Positions 8,836-18,141 of a stretch of DNA of 64,000 bases are shown one piece after another. Origin of the DNA: Syntrophales bacterium (GTDB lineage Bacteria > Desulfobacterota > Syntrophia > Syntrophales > Fen-1087); assembly GCA_034678725.1 (NCBI GenBank), contig JAXDBM010000049.1, positions 10,878 to 74,877 of the forward strand, written 5' to 3'. Numbering within the stretch: position 1 is the stretch's first letter; each line of letters opens with the position of its first letter. The position numbers and the translations under genes were made by a program. Under the pieces are notes generated by a model, which saw only the letters and a program-made list of their open reading frames with translations, searched no databases and was not told where the DNA came from.

Positions 8836-9438
8836 ATGCCACAGGACGCGCAAACCGGATCCGCCGTCGAGGACCTCAGGATCGGCGGCAAGATCAGGGA
8901 TCTTCGGGAAAAGAACTTTTTTACCCAGCAGGACCTGGCCGCCAAGACCGGGCTGACCAGGGCCGTTCTGGCGGAAATCGAGGCGGACGAGGTTATGCCG
9001 CCCGTGGCCACCCTGCTCAAGCTCGCCAGGGCGCTCAATGTGGGCATGGCGTATTTCTTCAAGGACGAGGCCCCGGTGGAGCAGGTCTCCATCACGCGGG
9101 CGGGGGAGCGGGTCCGCGTCAAGCGGCGGCCCCACCACCGTGAAGGCGAGGTCGATTACGTCTATGAATCCCTCGAGGCCCGCATGCCCGGCAAGCACAT
9201 GGAGCCGCTGCGGGTGGACTTCGTTCCCATGGAGACCGCCGACATGGTGTTCACCAGCCACGAGGGGGAGGAATTCCTCTTCCTCCTGGAAGGCACGCTG
9301 GAGTTCCGCACCAACGACCGGGTGGAAACCCTCTCCGCGGGCGATGCCCTGTATTTCGATTCCGTCCTGAACCACAGCTTCCGGTCGCTGACCGACCAGC
9401 CGGCCAGGGCCGTCGTGGTCGTCTGGAACAAGGTTTGA
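8836..9438 (+). CDS. XRE-family HTH transcriptional regulator with a C-terminal cupin domain
   Basis: ATG 8836 preceded by GGGAGGTG. HTH region IRDLREKNFFTQQDLAAKTGLTRAVLAEIE, then a cupin-like C-terminus (HEGEEFLFLLEGTLEF...GDALYFDS..NH). Confidence 0.85.
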   Translation: MPQDAQTGSAVEDLRIGGKIRDLREKNFFTQQDLAAKTGLTRAVLAEIEADEVMPPVATLLKLARALNVGMAYFFKDEAPVEQVSITRAGERVRVKRRPHHREGEVDYVYESLEARMPGKHMEPLRVDFVPMETADMVFTSHEGEEFLFLLEGTLEFRTNDRVETLSAGDALYFDSVLNHSFRSLTDQPARAVVVVWNKV

Positions 9439-9451
9439 CAGGGGGACCCCG

Positions 9452-10015
9452 ATGATTGAAATCCGTTTTCACGGGCGGGGCGGGCAGGGGACGGTGGTGG
9501 CCACCATCCTGCTGGCCAAGGCCTTTTTCCAGGCGGGCTGGCAGGTTCAGAGCTTCCCCTTCTTCGGGGTCGAGCGGCGCGGCGCGCCCGTCGAGGCCTA
9601 TGTCCGCCTGGACCGCAAGAAGATCCTGCTCCGGACCAACGTGACGGAACCCGACCATGTCGCCGTACAGGATCAGACGCTCCTGCACAGCATCAGCGTC
9701 ACCCGGGGCCTCAAGCCGGGCGGCTGGATCCTGATCAACAGCCCGTCGGCGCCCGCGGACCTCGCGCCCTTTGCCGGATTCCGGCTCGCTCACGTCGATG
9801 CGAACCGGATCGCCATTCAGCACAAGTTGGGGACGCGGACCCATCCCATCGTCAACACGACCATGATCGGCGCCTTTGCCCGGGTGCTGGAAATGCCGCC
9901 CCTGAAGGCCGTGGCGGAAGCCATTCGGGAGGACATCCAGACCGAGGCGGAGCGCAACATCGAGGCGGCCCGGGAGGCCTTTTCCCAGGTCTGCCTGGCG
10001 GGCATGATCGAATAG
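9452..10015 (+). CDS. 2-oxoacid:ferredoxin oxidoreductase, gamma subunit
   Basis: RFHGRGGQGTVVATILLAKA N-terminal signature of POR/VOR/KOR gamma subunits. Confidence 0.85.
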   Translation: MIEIRFHGRGGQGTVVATILLAKAFFQAGWQVQSFPFFGVERRGAPVEAYVRLDRKKILLRTNVTEPDHVAVQDQTLLHSISVTRGLKPGGWILINSPSAPADLAPFAGFRLAHVDANRIAIQHKLGTRTHPIVNTTMIGAFARVLEMPPLKAVAEAIREDIQTEAERNIEAAREAFSQVCLAGMIE

Positions 10016-10033
10016 CAAAGCGGGGAAGCGAGG

Positions 10034-11779
10034 ATGAACGAAGCCATGAAGCCAATACCCCTCTACATGCCGCGCACCTATCTCACCACGGAGAGCAACA
10101 AGACCGGTTCCTGGCGTTTCCTGCGTCCGCGGTACGACGAGAAGACCTCGCCCTGCAGCGCCGCCTGCCCGGCCGGCGAGGACATCGCCAGAATCGAGAT
10201 GCTGGCCGCGCAGGGGCTATTCAAAGAAGCGTGGGAGACAATCCTGCGGGAAAACCCCCTGCCGTCGGTCTGCGGGCGCGTCTGCTTCCACCCCTGCGAG
10301 GGCCGGTGCAACCGACGGGAGTTCGACGCGGCCGTGGCCATCCACAGCCTCGAGCGCTTTCTCGCCGATACGGCAATCCGCTACCGGATCACGCCGGAGA
10401 TGGAGACGCGGCCCGCGCAGCAGCGGAAAATCGCCGTGATCGGCTCCGGCCCGGCGGGCCTTTCGGCGGCGTGGTTCCTGTCCCTGCTGGGCTATGCCTG
10501 CCATGTCTACGAGGCCTCGTCCGAGGCGGGCGGCGTGCTGCGCTGGGGGATTCCCGCGTACCGCCTGCCGCTGAACGCGCTCCGCCATGACCTGCGGCAG
10601 ATCGAGGCCCTGGGCGTCTCGATCTACACGGGAAGGCCGGTGGGCCCGGACCTGCTGGCGGACCTGAAAAGGGATTATGACGGGGTCTTCATCGGCTGCG
10701 GCCACGGCCGGGGAATGTCGCTGCAGGCGCCCGGCGAGGAGCTGCCGCAGGTCGGCGAGGGCCTGGATTTCCTGCGCGAACTCCGAGCGGGCGGGAAGCC
10801 CTCCTGCGGGGGGGTGTCGGCGGTTGTCGGCGGCGGAAACACGGCCGTCGACGTGGCGCGCAGCATCGTGCGCCTGGGCGGAAAGGCGCTGCTCCTCTAC
10901 CGGAGGAGGCGTCAGGACATGCCCGCCTTCGATCTGGAAGTGGAAATGGCCCTCGAGGAGGGCGTGGAGCTGCAGGAACTGGTCGCTCCGGCGGCTGTGG
11001 CTGCCGATGGGGACGGAGTCGTCCTGACGCTGCAGGAGATGAAGATCGCCGGCGAGGAGGGCGGCCGGGGGCGTATCGTGCCGGACGCGGGAAAAACGCG
11101 GCAGGTCCGCGTGGAGAGGGTCTTCAAGGCCATCGGCGCCGGTGCCGCGGAACCCTGGCACCGGCCCCCGGAAGGGGCGCCGGGCCTGCTGCGGTTGAGT
11201 CATGCCGTCCTGGTGCACGGGCAGCCGGGCGCCGTCACGGCCTTCGGCGGAGACTTGACCAACGATACCCGGAGCGCTGTCCATGCCGTCGCCTCGGGCA
11301 AACAGGCGGCCATGGCGTTCGACACGCTTTTTCGGGAAGGGGTCGATGCAATCGTTCCGAAGCTGGATTCCTGCCGGGTCGGCGGTGGCCCGTCGCTTTC
11401 CATGGAGATTTACATGGGCGGGGAGCGGCGGTTGAGGAACCCCCACGTGGTCCGCTTCGAGGAAATCAACACCGATCACTTCCAGTTCGCTTCCCGGGTG
11501 ACCCAGCCGCGCCTGCTCCGGGACGAGCGGATCCGGTCGTTCGAGGAGATCGACCTGAAGATTTCCGCCCACCTGGCCATGAAGGAGTCCGAGCGCTGCT
11601 TCAACTGCGGCCTGTGCAACCAGTGCGACAACTGCTTCATCTTCTGCCCGGACACCTCGGTGATCCGGGACAAGGACCATCAGGGACGGCACATCAACTA
11701 TGACTACTGCAAGGGGTGCGGCCTGTGCGTGGTGGAATGCCCGCGCAACGCCATGTCTCTCGAGGAGGAGAAGTCATGA
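10034..11779 (+). CDS. Fusion protein: OFOR delta-type ferredoxin elements split by a GltD/NfnB-like FAD/NAD(P)H oxidoreductase module
   Basis: N-terminus TGSWRFLRPRYDEKTSPCSAACPAG (delta-subunit-like). GltD-like Fe-S region PLPSVCGRVCFHPCEGRC. Dinucleotide folds IAVIGSGPAGLSAA and VVGGGNTAVDVAR. C-terminal 2x[4Fe-4S]: CFNCGLCNQCDNC...CKGCGLCVVECP. Confidence 0.85.
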   Translation: MNEAMKPIPLYMPRTYLTTESNKTGSWRFLRPRYDEKTSPCSAACPAGEDIARIEMLAAQGLFKEAWETILRENPLPSVCGRVCFHPCEGRCNRREFDAAVAIHSLERFLADTAIRYRITPEMETRPAQQRKIAVIGSGPAGLSAAWFLSLLGYACHVYEASSEAGGVLRWGIPAYRLPLNALRHDLRQIEALGVSIYTGRPVGPDLLADLKRDYDGVFIGCGHGRGMSLQAPGEELPQVGEGLDFLRELRAGGKPSCGGVSAVVGGGNTAVDVARSIVRLGGKALLLYRRRRQDMPAFDLEVEMALEEGVELQELVAPAAVAADGDGVVLTLQEMKIAGEEGGRGRIVPDAGKTRQVRVERVFKAIGAGAAEPWHRPPEGAPGLLRLSHAVLVHGQPGAVTAFGGDLTNDTRSAVHAVASGKQAAMAFDTLFREGVDAIVPKLDSCRVGGGPSLSMEIYMGGERRLRNPHVVRFEEINTDHFQFASRVTQPRLLRDERIRSFEEIDLKISAHLAMKESERCFNCGLCNQCDNCFIFCPDTSVIRDKDHQGRHINYDYCKGCGLCVVECPRNAMSLEEEKS

Positions 11780-12945
11780 AACGCGTCCTGGAAGGAAGCC
11801 ATGCGGTGGCGGAAGCGGTGCGGCTGGCGAAGGTGCAGGTGATCTCCGCCTATCCGATCACGCCGCAGACCCATATCGTTGAGATCCTCTCGGAATACTG
11901 CACCAAGGGGGCGATGAGCGCCAAGTTCCTTCGAGTGGAGAGCGAGCATTCCTGCATGGCCGCGCTGATCGGCGCCCAGACTGCGGGAGTCCGGACTTTC
12001 ACCGCCACCTCCGGACAGGGGCTGGCCCTGATGCACGAGCTGCTCCACTGGGCGGCCGGCGCCAGGCTTCCCATCGTCATGGCCGAGGTCAACCGGGCCC
12101 TCGCGCCGGGCTGGAACATCTGGATCGACCAGACGGACAGCCTCGCCCAGCGGGACACCGGCTGGATCCAGATGTACTGCGAAGACGGCCAGGAAGTCCT
12201 CGACACGACGCTCCAGGCCTTCCGCCTGGCCGAGACGGTCAACCTGCCCGTCATGGTCGTTCTGGATGCCTTCTATCTCTCCCACACCTACGAGGCCGCC
12301 GACGTGCCCGCGCAGGAGGAGGTTGACGGCTTCCTGCCGCCCTATGTGCCGCGGTTTCAACTGGACACGGCTCACCCATGCGGTTTCGGGCCCCTTGTCC
12401 CCCCGGCCGATTACATGGAGATGCGCCACAGCATCGCCATGGCCATGGAGGAGGCCCTGGTCCGGTTCGACGAGATCGAGGACGACTTCGCCGGCCGCTT
12501 CGGCCGCCGCTATGGGCCGGTGGAGGCCATCGGCTGCGAGGACGCCGAGATCGTCTTCGTCACGACCGGAACGCTGACGAGCACCTGCCGTCTCGTGGTG
12601 GATGAATTGCGGTCGAAAGGGGATAAGGCGGGGATCCTGAAGCTCAAGCTCCTGCGCCCCTTTCCCTTCGAGCGGATCCGTCAGGCGCTGAAGCGCGCGA
12701 AGAAGGTGGCCGTCATCGACAGGAATTTCTCGTTCGGCGCCGGCGGGATCTTCGCCCAGGAGGTGCGGGCCGCCCTGTGCAACGTCTCGGACCACCCGCC
12801 CGTCTTCGGCTTTGTCGCCGGCATCGGCGGCCGGGACGTCACGCCCGGGCTGCTGATGGAAATCTACGAACAGGTCAGGAAAAGCGAGGCGCCGCAAAGG
12901 GAGAGTGTCTGGATGGGCCTGAAGGAGGTCAATCATGCCGACTGA
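11776..12945 (+). CDS. 2-oxoacid:ferredoxin oxidoreductase, alpha subunit
   Basis: ATG 11776 overlaps the upstream stop (ATGA). MKRVLEGSHAVAEAV...ISAYPITPQT signature. Confidence 0.9.
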   Translation: MKRVLEGSHAVAEAVRLAKVQVISAYPITPQTHIVEILSEYCTKGAMSAKFLRVESEHSCMAALIGAQTAGVRTFTATSGQGLALMHELLHWAAGARLPIVMAEVNRALAPGWNIWIDQTDSLAQRDTGWIQMYCEDGQEVLDTTLQAFRLAETVNLPVMVVLDAFYLSHTYEAADVPAQEEVDGFLPPYVPRFQLDTAHPCGFGPLVPPADYMEMRHSIAMAMEEALVRFDEIEDDFAGRFGRRYGPVEAIGCEDAEIVFVTTGTLTSTCRLVVDELRSKGDKAGILKLKLLRPFPFERIRQALKRAKKVAVIDRNFSFGAGGIFAQEVRAALCNVSDHPPVFGFVAGIGGRDVTPGLLMEIYEQVRKSEAPQRESVWMGLKEVNHAD

Positions 12946-13831
12946 CGACATCATGACGGATATCATGGACCGGGAATACGTCCACTCGGGGCACGTCGGG
13001 TGTCCCGGCTGCGGCGCCACGATCGCCATGCGCTTCCTGCTCAAGGCCCTGGGGGAGAAGACCATGATGGTGCTGCCGGCCTGCTGCTGGTCGGTGATCG
13101 CGGGACCCTATCCCCAGTCCACCTTGAACATTCCGGTGATTCACGCGGCCTTCGAAACGGGGGGCGCGACGGCCACCGGGGTCCGGGCCGCCCTGGACAT
13201 GAAGGGGGATCGGGAAACGACGGTCGTCACCTGGGCCGGCGACGGCGGGACCTTCGACATCGGCTTTCAGGCGCTCTCGGGCGCCGTGGAGCGCAACGAG
13301 GACTTCATCTACGTCTGCTACGACAACGAAGCCTACATGAACACGGGCATTCAGCGCAGCTCGTCCACGCCCTACGGGGCCTGGACGACGACCACCACCG
13401 GCGCGGACTGGAAAAAGCTGCGCAAGAAGAACATCGTGGAGGCCCTGGTGGCCCACCGGATCCCCTACGCGGCGACGGCCAGCATCGCCTTTCCGGACGA
13501 CCTGCTCCGCAAGGCCCGGAAGGCGAAGGAGGTGAAGGGCTCCCGGTTCCTTCACATCTACGCAAGCTGCCCCACGGGCTGGCGCATCCCCTCGGAGATG
13601 TCCGTCCGGATCGCCCGCATGGCCGTCCAGACCAACATCTTTCCCCTCTACGAGGTGGAAAACGGCCTGCGGTACACCATCAACTACAAGCCCCGCGAAT
13701 ATCTCGTCCGCGAGTATTTCAAGCTCCAGGGGCGCTTCCGGCACCTGACCGACGCCGACCTCGACGAGATCCAGAAGATGGTCGACGAGGACTGGGCATT
13801 GCTCCTCCGCAAGGCGGGCGAGCGCGCCTGA
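12935..13831 (+). CDS. 2-oxoacid:ferredoxin oxidoreductase, beta (TPP-binding) subunit
   Basis: CPGCG motif and the TPP motif GDGGTFDIG...YDNEAYMNTG. Overlaps the alpha subunit gene by 11 nt. Confidence 0.9.
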   Translation: MPTDDIMTDIMDREYVHSGHVGCPGCGATIAMRFLLKALGEKTMMVLPACCWSVIAGPYPQSTLNIPVIHAAFETGGATATGVRAALDMKGDRETTVVTWAGDGGTFDIGFQALSGAVERNEDFIYVCYDNEAYMNTGIQRSSSTPYGAWTTTTTGADWKKLRKKNIVEALVAHRIPYAATASIAFPDDLLRKARKAKEVKGSRFLHIYASCPTGWRIPSEMSVRIARMAVQTNIFPLYEVENGLRYTINYKPREYLVREYFKLQGRFRHLTDADLDEIQKMVDEDWALLLRKAGERA

Positions 13832-13885
13832 AGGGCGCGCACCGCAGACCGAAACGCCCCGCTCCACACGATCCCGCCGTGCCGA

Positions 13886-14512
13886 TTAGAAGTGGAATCC
13901 CAAACCGGCGCCGATCGTGAAGTAGCGGACCGTGTCCAGATCACCGAAACCCGAGGTATAGGCCGCCTCCAGGTTCACGGACAGGGTCGGATTGATGTAG
14001 ATGTCGGCGCCGAATCCGATCTTGGCGCAGGGATCCGTCTCGTCGGTCGATGTCGATGTCGGCAGGTACCCGGGAGCGCTGACCGTCGTGTCGAAAGACG
14101 CCCGCATCAGGCCCAGACCGGCGACGAAGTAGGGTTTGACGATCCCGGGCAGGGGCGGAAAGACTTTCGCCGCGGCCATGATCGTGAACACGTCCAGATC
14201 CGCGTCGAAGGTGGCCCGGTTATTGCCCCAGTTGACGGTTTCGCTGGCGTTGAAACCGGACAGATACTCGAAGACGGCTTCAACGGAAACGACCGGGTGC
14301 AGTTTGTACCCGACCTTGCCGTTGATGCCCCAGGAGTTGTCGAAGGACGGATCGAAGCCGTACGGCCGCACGTTGTCGAATTCCCCGGAATCAAAATTCT
14401 CCAGGGCATAGGTGCCCCCGATCCCGACGTACATCCCCCGGTCCGCCGCATAGGCGGAACCCGCCAGCAGGAACACCGCCACAATGCATCCGATGATAGA
14501 AAGCCTCTTCAT
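13886..14512 (-). CDS. Small outer-membrane beta-barrel protein (OmpA-barrel/OmpW-like class)
   Basis: Signal peptide MKRLSIIGCIVAVFLLAGSAYA, alternating amphipathic strands, and a C-terminal ...GAGLGFHF ending in Phe. Confidence 0.7.
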   Translation of the reverse strand: MKRLSIIGCIVAVFLLAGSAYAADRGMYVGIGGTYALENFDSGEFDNVRPYGFDPSFDNSWGINGKVGYKLHPVVSVEAVFEYLSGFNASETVNWGNNRATFDADLDVFTIMAAAKVFPPLPGIVKPYFVAGLGLMRASFDTTVSAPGYLPTSTSTDETDPCAKIGFGADIYINPTLSVNLEAAYTSGFGDLDTVRYFTIGAGLGFHF

Positions 14513-14920
14513 TTTCCTCTCCTTTCTCTGGTTGGGGTCGCCGAATCGTCCCGGCTGACCGTTGGCATTTCGTATATGTCAAAAGGGTCATCCTGTCAAT
14601 AGCGGTCGCCATTCGGTACGCGGGACCGAATCCGTAAACGGAATGGCATTCCCGTTCGTCTTATGATATGTGTATACATGTAATGGCGTTTGCGGCCGTT
14701 CCTGCCGTTCGCGGTTGACGCCGCTGATGCCGTTGCCGAGGGCGCAACTTCCGCCCGTCGGCCCCCCCGATGACATTTGCCCCGATTGACTTTTTTCGTC
14801 TCGTCATTTCCGCCCCCCCCTTCACCGCGGCGGCAAGGGGAAATTGTCGGAGCCTCCGATGGCAGCCGCGGAGCGAAAGGTCGGCCCCGTGAAGGCATCC
14901 TGCTGAAAGGAGTTTGGAAC

Positions 14921-17635
14921 ATGGAAAGGACGAACGAAAAAAAATGGCATTTGCTATCCCCGGAGGAAGTGCTCGGCATCCTGGAAAGTGACTCGGTAAA
15001 TGGGCTGGATCGGTCCGAGATTGAAAATCGACGACGGCGGTTCGGGGCCAATGTCATCACCGCGAAGAAGGGCCGGGGCCCCCTGATCCGGTTCCTTCTG
15101 CAGTTCCATCAGCCTCTGATCTACATTCTCCTCGCCGCGGCCCTCATCACGGCCCTGCTGCAGGAATGGGTGGATGCGGGCGTCATCTTCGGGGTGGTGC
15201 TCGTCAACGCCCTGATCGGTTTTTTCCAGGAGGCGAAGGCGGTCCGGGCCATCGAGGCCCTGGCCGAGACCATGGTCACCGAGGCGACCGTCCTGCGCTC
15301 CGGCGGGAAGACGCGCATCTCCTCGACGGAGGTCCTTCCGGGGGATATCGTCCTGCTGCAATCCGGCGACAAGGTGCCCGCGGACATGCGTTTGCTGTCT
15401 GCGCGGGACCTGAGGGCCGACGAGTCGGCGCTTACCGGTGAGTCCGTGCCGGTTGAAAAGAGCCACGAGACCCTGGCCGACGACGCCGTTCTGGCGGACC
15501 GGAAAAACATGGCCTACGGCTCCGCCCTGATCACCTACGGCCAGGCCACGGGCATCGTCGTCGCCATCGGCGACAACACGGAGGTGGGCCGCATCTCGAG
15601 CCTGATCTCCGCGACAACGGAGCTGGAGACCCCGCTGATCCGGAAGATCTCGGAATTCAGCAAGGTTCTGCTCTATGTCATCCTGCTGCTGGCGGCAGCG
15701 ACCTTCGGGATCGGCCTCCTGCGCGGTGCGAGCGCGTTCGACATGTTCATGGCGGCGGTGGCCCTGTCCGTCGGGGCCATCCCGGAAGGATTGCCCGCGG
15801 CCCTGACCATCACGCTGGCCATCGGGGTGGCCCGGATGGCCCGTCGCCGGGCGATCATCCGCAAACTCCCCGCCGTGGAGACGCTGGGCAGCACGACGGT
15901 CATCTGCTCGGACAAGACGGGCACCCTGACCGAGAACCAGATGACGGTGCAGGAGATCCATGCCGGCGGCGAGACCTTCGCGGTGAGCGGTGCCGGGTAT
16001 GCGCACTCCGGACGCATCACGGCCGTGGGGGGCGCGCCGGTGGACACCCCCGCAGCGGCGCTTCTGGAGACGCTCCGGTGCGGCCTGCTTTGCAACGACA
16101 GCCTCCTGGTGGAGAAGGAAGGCCGTCTGGTCGTGCAGGGAGACCCCACCGAAGGCGCCCTGATTGCCGCTGCGTCGAAGGGCGGGCTCTCGATGGAAGG
16201 GGAGGCGGGAAAGCGTGCGCGCCTCGACACGATCCCCTTTGAGTCGCAGCACCAGTACATGGCAACCCTGCACGCCACACCCGGGGAAGAAGGGGCAGGC
16301 GCCCTGGTTTACGCCAAGGGTTCCCTCGAATCCATGCTGGCCCGGTGCGACAGTTTCCTTTCCCCGTCGGGAGAGCCTGTGGATCTTGACGCCCCGTCGG
16401 TTATACGGGCGGCGGAGGCCATGGCCGCACGGGGTCTTCGCGTCCTGGCCTTAGCACGAAAGGAAATAGCCGGGGGCACGAAAAGGATCGATCACGGGGA
16501 TGTGGCGGACGGCATGATCTTTCTCGGGCTGCAGGGTATGATCGATCCGCCGCGCGCCGAGGCCGTGGAGGCGGTGAAGCACTGTCACAGCGCAGGAATT
16601 CGCGTCAAGATGATCACGGGTGACCACGCGCTCACGGCTTCCGCCATCGCCGGGCAGATCGGTCTTCGAAACGCGGACCGGGTCATCACCGGCGGAGCGC
16701 TCGCGGAGATTCCCGACGCGGAGCTCGTCCGCATCGTCGAAGACGTTTCGGTATACGCGCGGGTCGCCCCGGAGCAGAAGCTCCGCCTCGTGGAGGCCCT
16801 GCAATCCAGGGGCAATGTCGTGGCCATGACCGGAGACGGCGTGAACGATGCCCCGGCCCTGAAGCGCGCGAACATCGGCGTCGCCATGGGCATCACGGGC
16901 ACGGACGTGGCCAAGGAGGCCGCGGACATGGTCCTCACGGACGACAACTTCGCGTCCATCGAGGCGGCGGTGGAGGAGGGCAGGGGCACGTTCGACAATA
17001 TCACCAAGTTCATCGTCTGGACGCTGCCCACGAACATCGGCGAAGGCCTCGTGATCCTGGCCGCCGTGCTGATCGGAGCCGTTCTGCCGATCCTCCCGGT
17101 TCAGATCCTGTGGATCAACATGACCACGGCCGTGCTGCTCGGCCTCATGCTCGTCTTCGAGCCCAAGGAGCCGGGCATCATGGACCGTCCCCCGCGCGAT
17201 CCCAAGGAGCCCATTCTAACCCGCGTCCTGGTCTGGCGCCTCCTGATCGTGGGATTCTGGATGTTGGTTTGCGCCTTCGGCCTCTTCAAGTACGAGATTG
17301 CCTTTCTCGGGGCCTCCGAGGCGGAAGCGAGGACCGTGGCGGTGAACGTGTTCGTGATGGTGGAACTGTTCTACCTCTTCAACTGCCGCTCGCTGACGAA
17401 ATCCGTGTTCGAGGTGGGTTTCTTTTCCAACCCCTGGGTGTTCGCGGGGGCGGCCGCCATGATCCTCCTGCAACTGCTGTTCACCTACACGCCGTTTATG
17501 AACACTGCGTTCAATAGCGCGCCGATCGGCGCGGGGTCGTGGCTGCGCATTCTGGCCGCCGGGTTCATGGTGACGCTGATCGTGGGGATCGAAAAAGGGA
17601 TCGTGCGGCGAAGGCCGCCGGTCGCCTCACCGTGA
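14921..17635 (+). CDS. Cation-translocating P-type ATPase (type II, Ca2+/Mg2+-ATPase-like)
   Basis: DKTGTLT phosphorylation site, MITGD and TGDGVNDAPAL motifs, and 10 predicted TM segments. ATG 14921 preceded by AAAGGAG; the 48 codons upstream in the track ORF are unlikely to be coding. Confidence 0.9.
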   Translation: MERTNEKKWHLLSPEEVLGILESDSVNGLDRSEIENRRRRFGANVITAKKGRGPLIRFLLQFHQPLIYILLAAALITALLQEWVDAGVIFGVVLVNALIGFFQEAKAVRAIEALAETMVTEATVLRSGGKTRISSTEVLPGDIVLLQSGDKVPADMRLLSARDLRADESALTGESVPVEKSHETLADDAVLADRKNMAYGSALITYGQATGIVVAIGDNTEVGRISSLISATTELETPLIRKISEFSKVLLYVILLLAAATFGIGLLRGASAFDMFMAAVALSVGAIPEGLPAALTITLAIGVARMARRRAIIRKLPAVETLGSTTVICSDKTGTLTENQMTVQEIHAGGETFAVSGAGYAHSGRITAVGGAPVDTPAAALLETLRCGLLCNDSLLVEKEGRLVVQGDPTEGALIAAASKGGLSMEGEAGKRARLDTIPFESQHQYMATLHATPGEEGAGALVYAKGSLESMLARCDSFLSPSGEPVDLDAPSVIRAAEAMAARGLRVLALARKEIAGGTKRIDHGDVADGMIFLGLQGMIDPPRAEAVEAVKHCHSAGIRVKMITGDHALTASAIAGQIGLRNADRVITGGALAEIPDAELVRIVEDVSVYARVAPEQKLRLVEALQSRGNVVAMTGDGVNDAPALKRANIGVAMGITGTDVAKEAADMVLTDDNFASIEAAVEEGRGTFDNITKFIVWTLPTNIGEGLVILAAVLIGAVLPILPVQILWINMTTAVLLGLMLVFEPKEPGIMDRPPRDPKEPILTRVLVWRLLIVGFWMLVCAFGLFKYEIAFLGASEAEARTVAVNVFVMVELFYLFNCRSLTKSVFEVGFFSNPWVFAGAAAMILLQLLFTYTPFMNTAFNSAPIGAGSWLRILAAGFMVTLIVGIEKGIVRRRPPVASP

Positions 17636-17750
17636 ACGACGCAGGAAACCCGGACGAGCCGGGTCGGCGAAACGGAGGCCGCACCGCCCGCCGAACAGGA
17701 TGGTCTGTGCTCTTTTGCATCCATATTTGCTTTTGTAAATCTCGCTTCAT

Positions 17751-17792
17751 CAAACAATCTTATCGTTGACATCACAAGATTGTTTGTATAAA
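17751..17792 (+). promoter_or_regulatory. Candidate sigma70-type promoter embedded in a perfect 11-bp inverted repeat (operator-like)
   Basis: CAAACAATCTT (17751..17761) and AAGATTGTTTG (17776..17786) flank a 14-nt spacer containing TTGACA (17766..17771). TATAAA follows at 17787..17792, giving a 15-16 nt spacer. Confidence 0.4.
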
Positions 17793-17861
17793 AGGGGCGA
17801 AAAAGATAATCAATCAGGGTTCAGAAATCGAGTAGGTTTCTGGAGGACTTTCGATGGTCGG

Positions 17862-17900
17862 GCCGCCATCTGACGTAATTGTCGGGTGGCGGCTTTTTTT
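17862..17900 (+). terminator. Strong intrinsic terminator, or attenuator, immediately upstream of small ORFs
   Basis: A 13-bp stem (17862..17874 pairs with 17881..17893, two G-U pairs), a 6-nt loop, then T7 (17894..17900). Confidence 0.7.
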
Positions 17901-17926
17901 ATTCGGAATAAATCGAGAGAGGTCGG

Positions 17927-18100
17927 ATGATCGAAATTCTGTCTCAGGGCCTTGCAACAGCGTGTGCGATTTTTGCCATATACGGTATCAAGGTCATGGA
18001 TTTGCCTGCCGGGATCACCATCATACTTGTGTTCGCCATCGTCTTTTTTTTCATATTTGTTTTAGCCGGCGGTCTTTCCAAAATCAAATTCATGAAATAG
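17927..18100 (+). CDS. Candidate small membrane protein (57 aa, two hydrophobic helices)
   Basis: Too short to appear in the ORF track (<60 aa). ATG 17927 preceded by GAGAGAGG. Sequence: MIEILSQGLATACAIFAIYGIKVMDLPAGITIILVFAIVFFFIFVLAGGLSKIKFMK. Confidence 0.45.
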   Translation: MIEILSQGLATACAIFAIYGIKVMDLPAGITIILVFAIVFFFIFVLAGGLSKIKFMK

Positions 18101-18141
18101 CCTCAGGCTGTCGTTTTTAGAAAAGGATTAGGGAAATAACG

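Noticed and set aside
17790-17900. An attempt to assign the leader to a known riboswitch class (yybP-ykoY Mn2+, ykkC guanidine-I, fluoride, M-box, c-di-GMP).
   Set aside because: I found only short chance resemblances (for example AGGGUUC, CGAGUAGG) and could not reproduce any class's conserved core from memory. It is reported only as an unclassified attenuator candidate.
17854-18120. An 88-aa plus-strand ORF (Cys/His/Arg-rich) downstream of the ATPase.
   Set aside because: It starts inside the terminator hairpin and has no RBS. The alternative frame gives a clean two-helix membrane peptide with an RBS, which I prefer, though that too is only a candidate.
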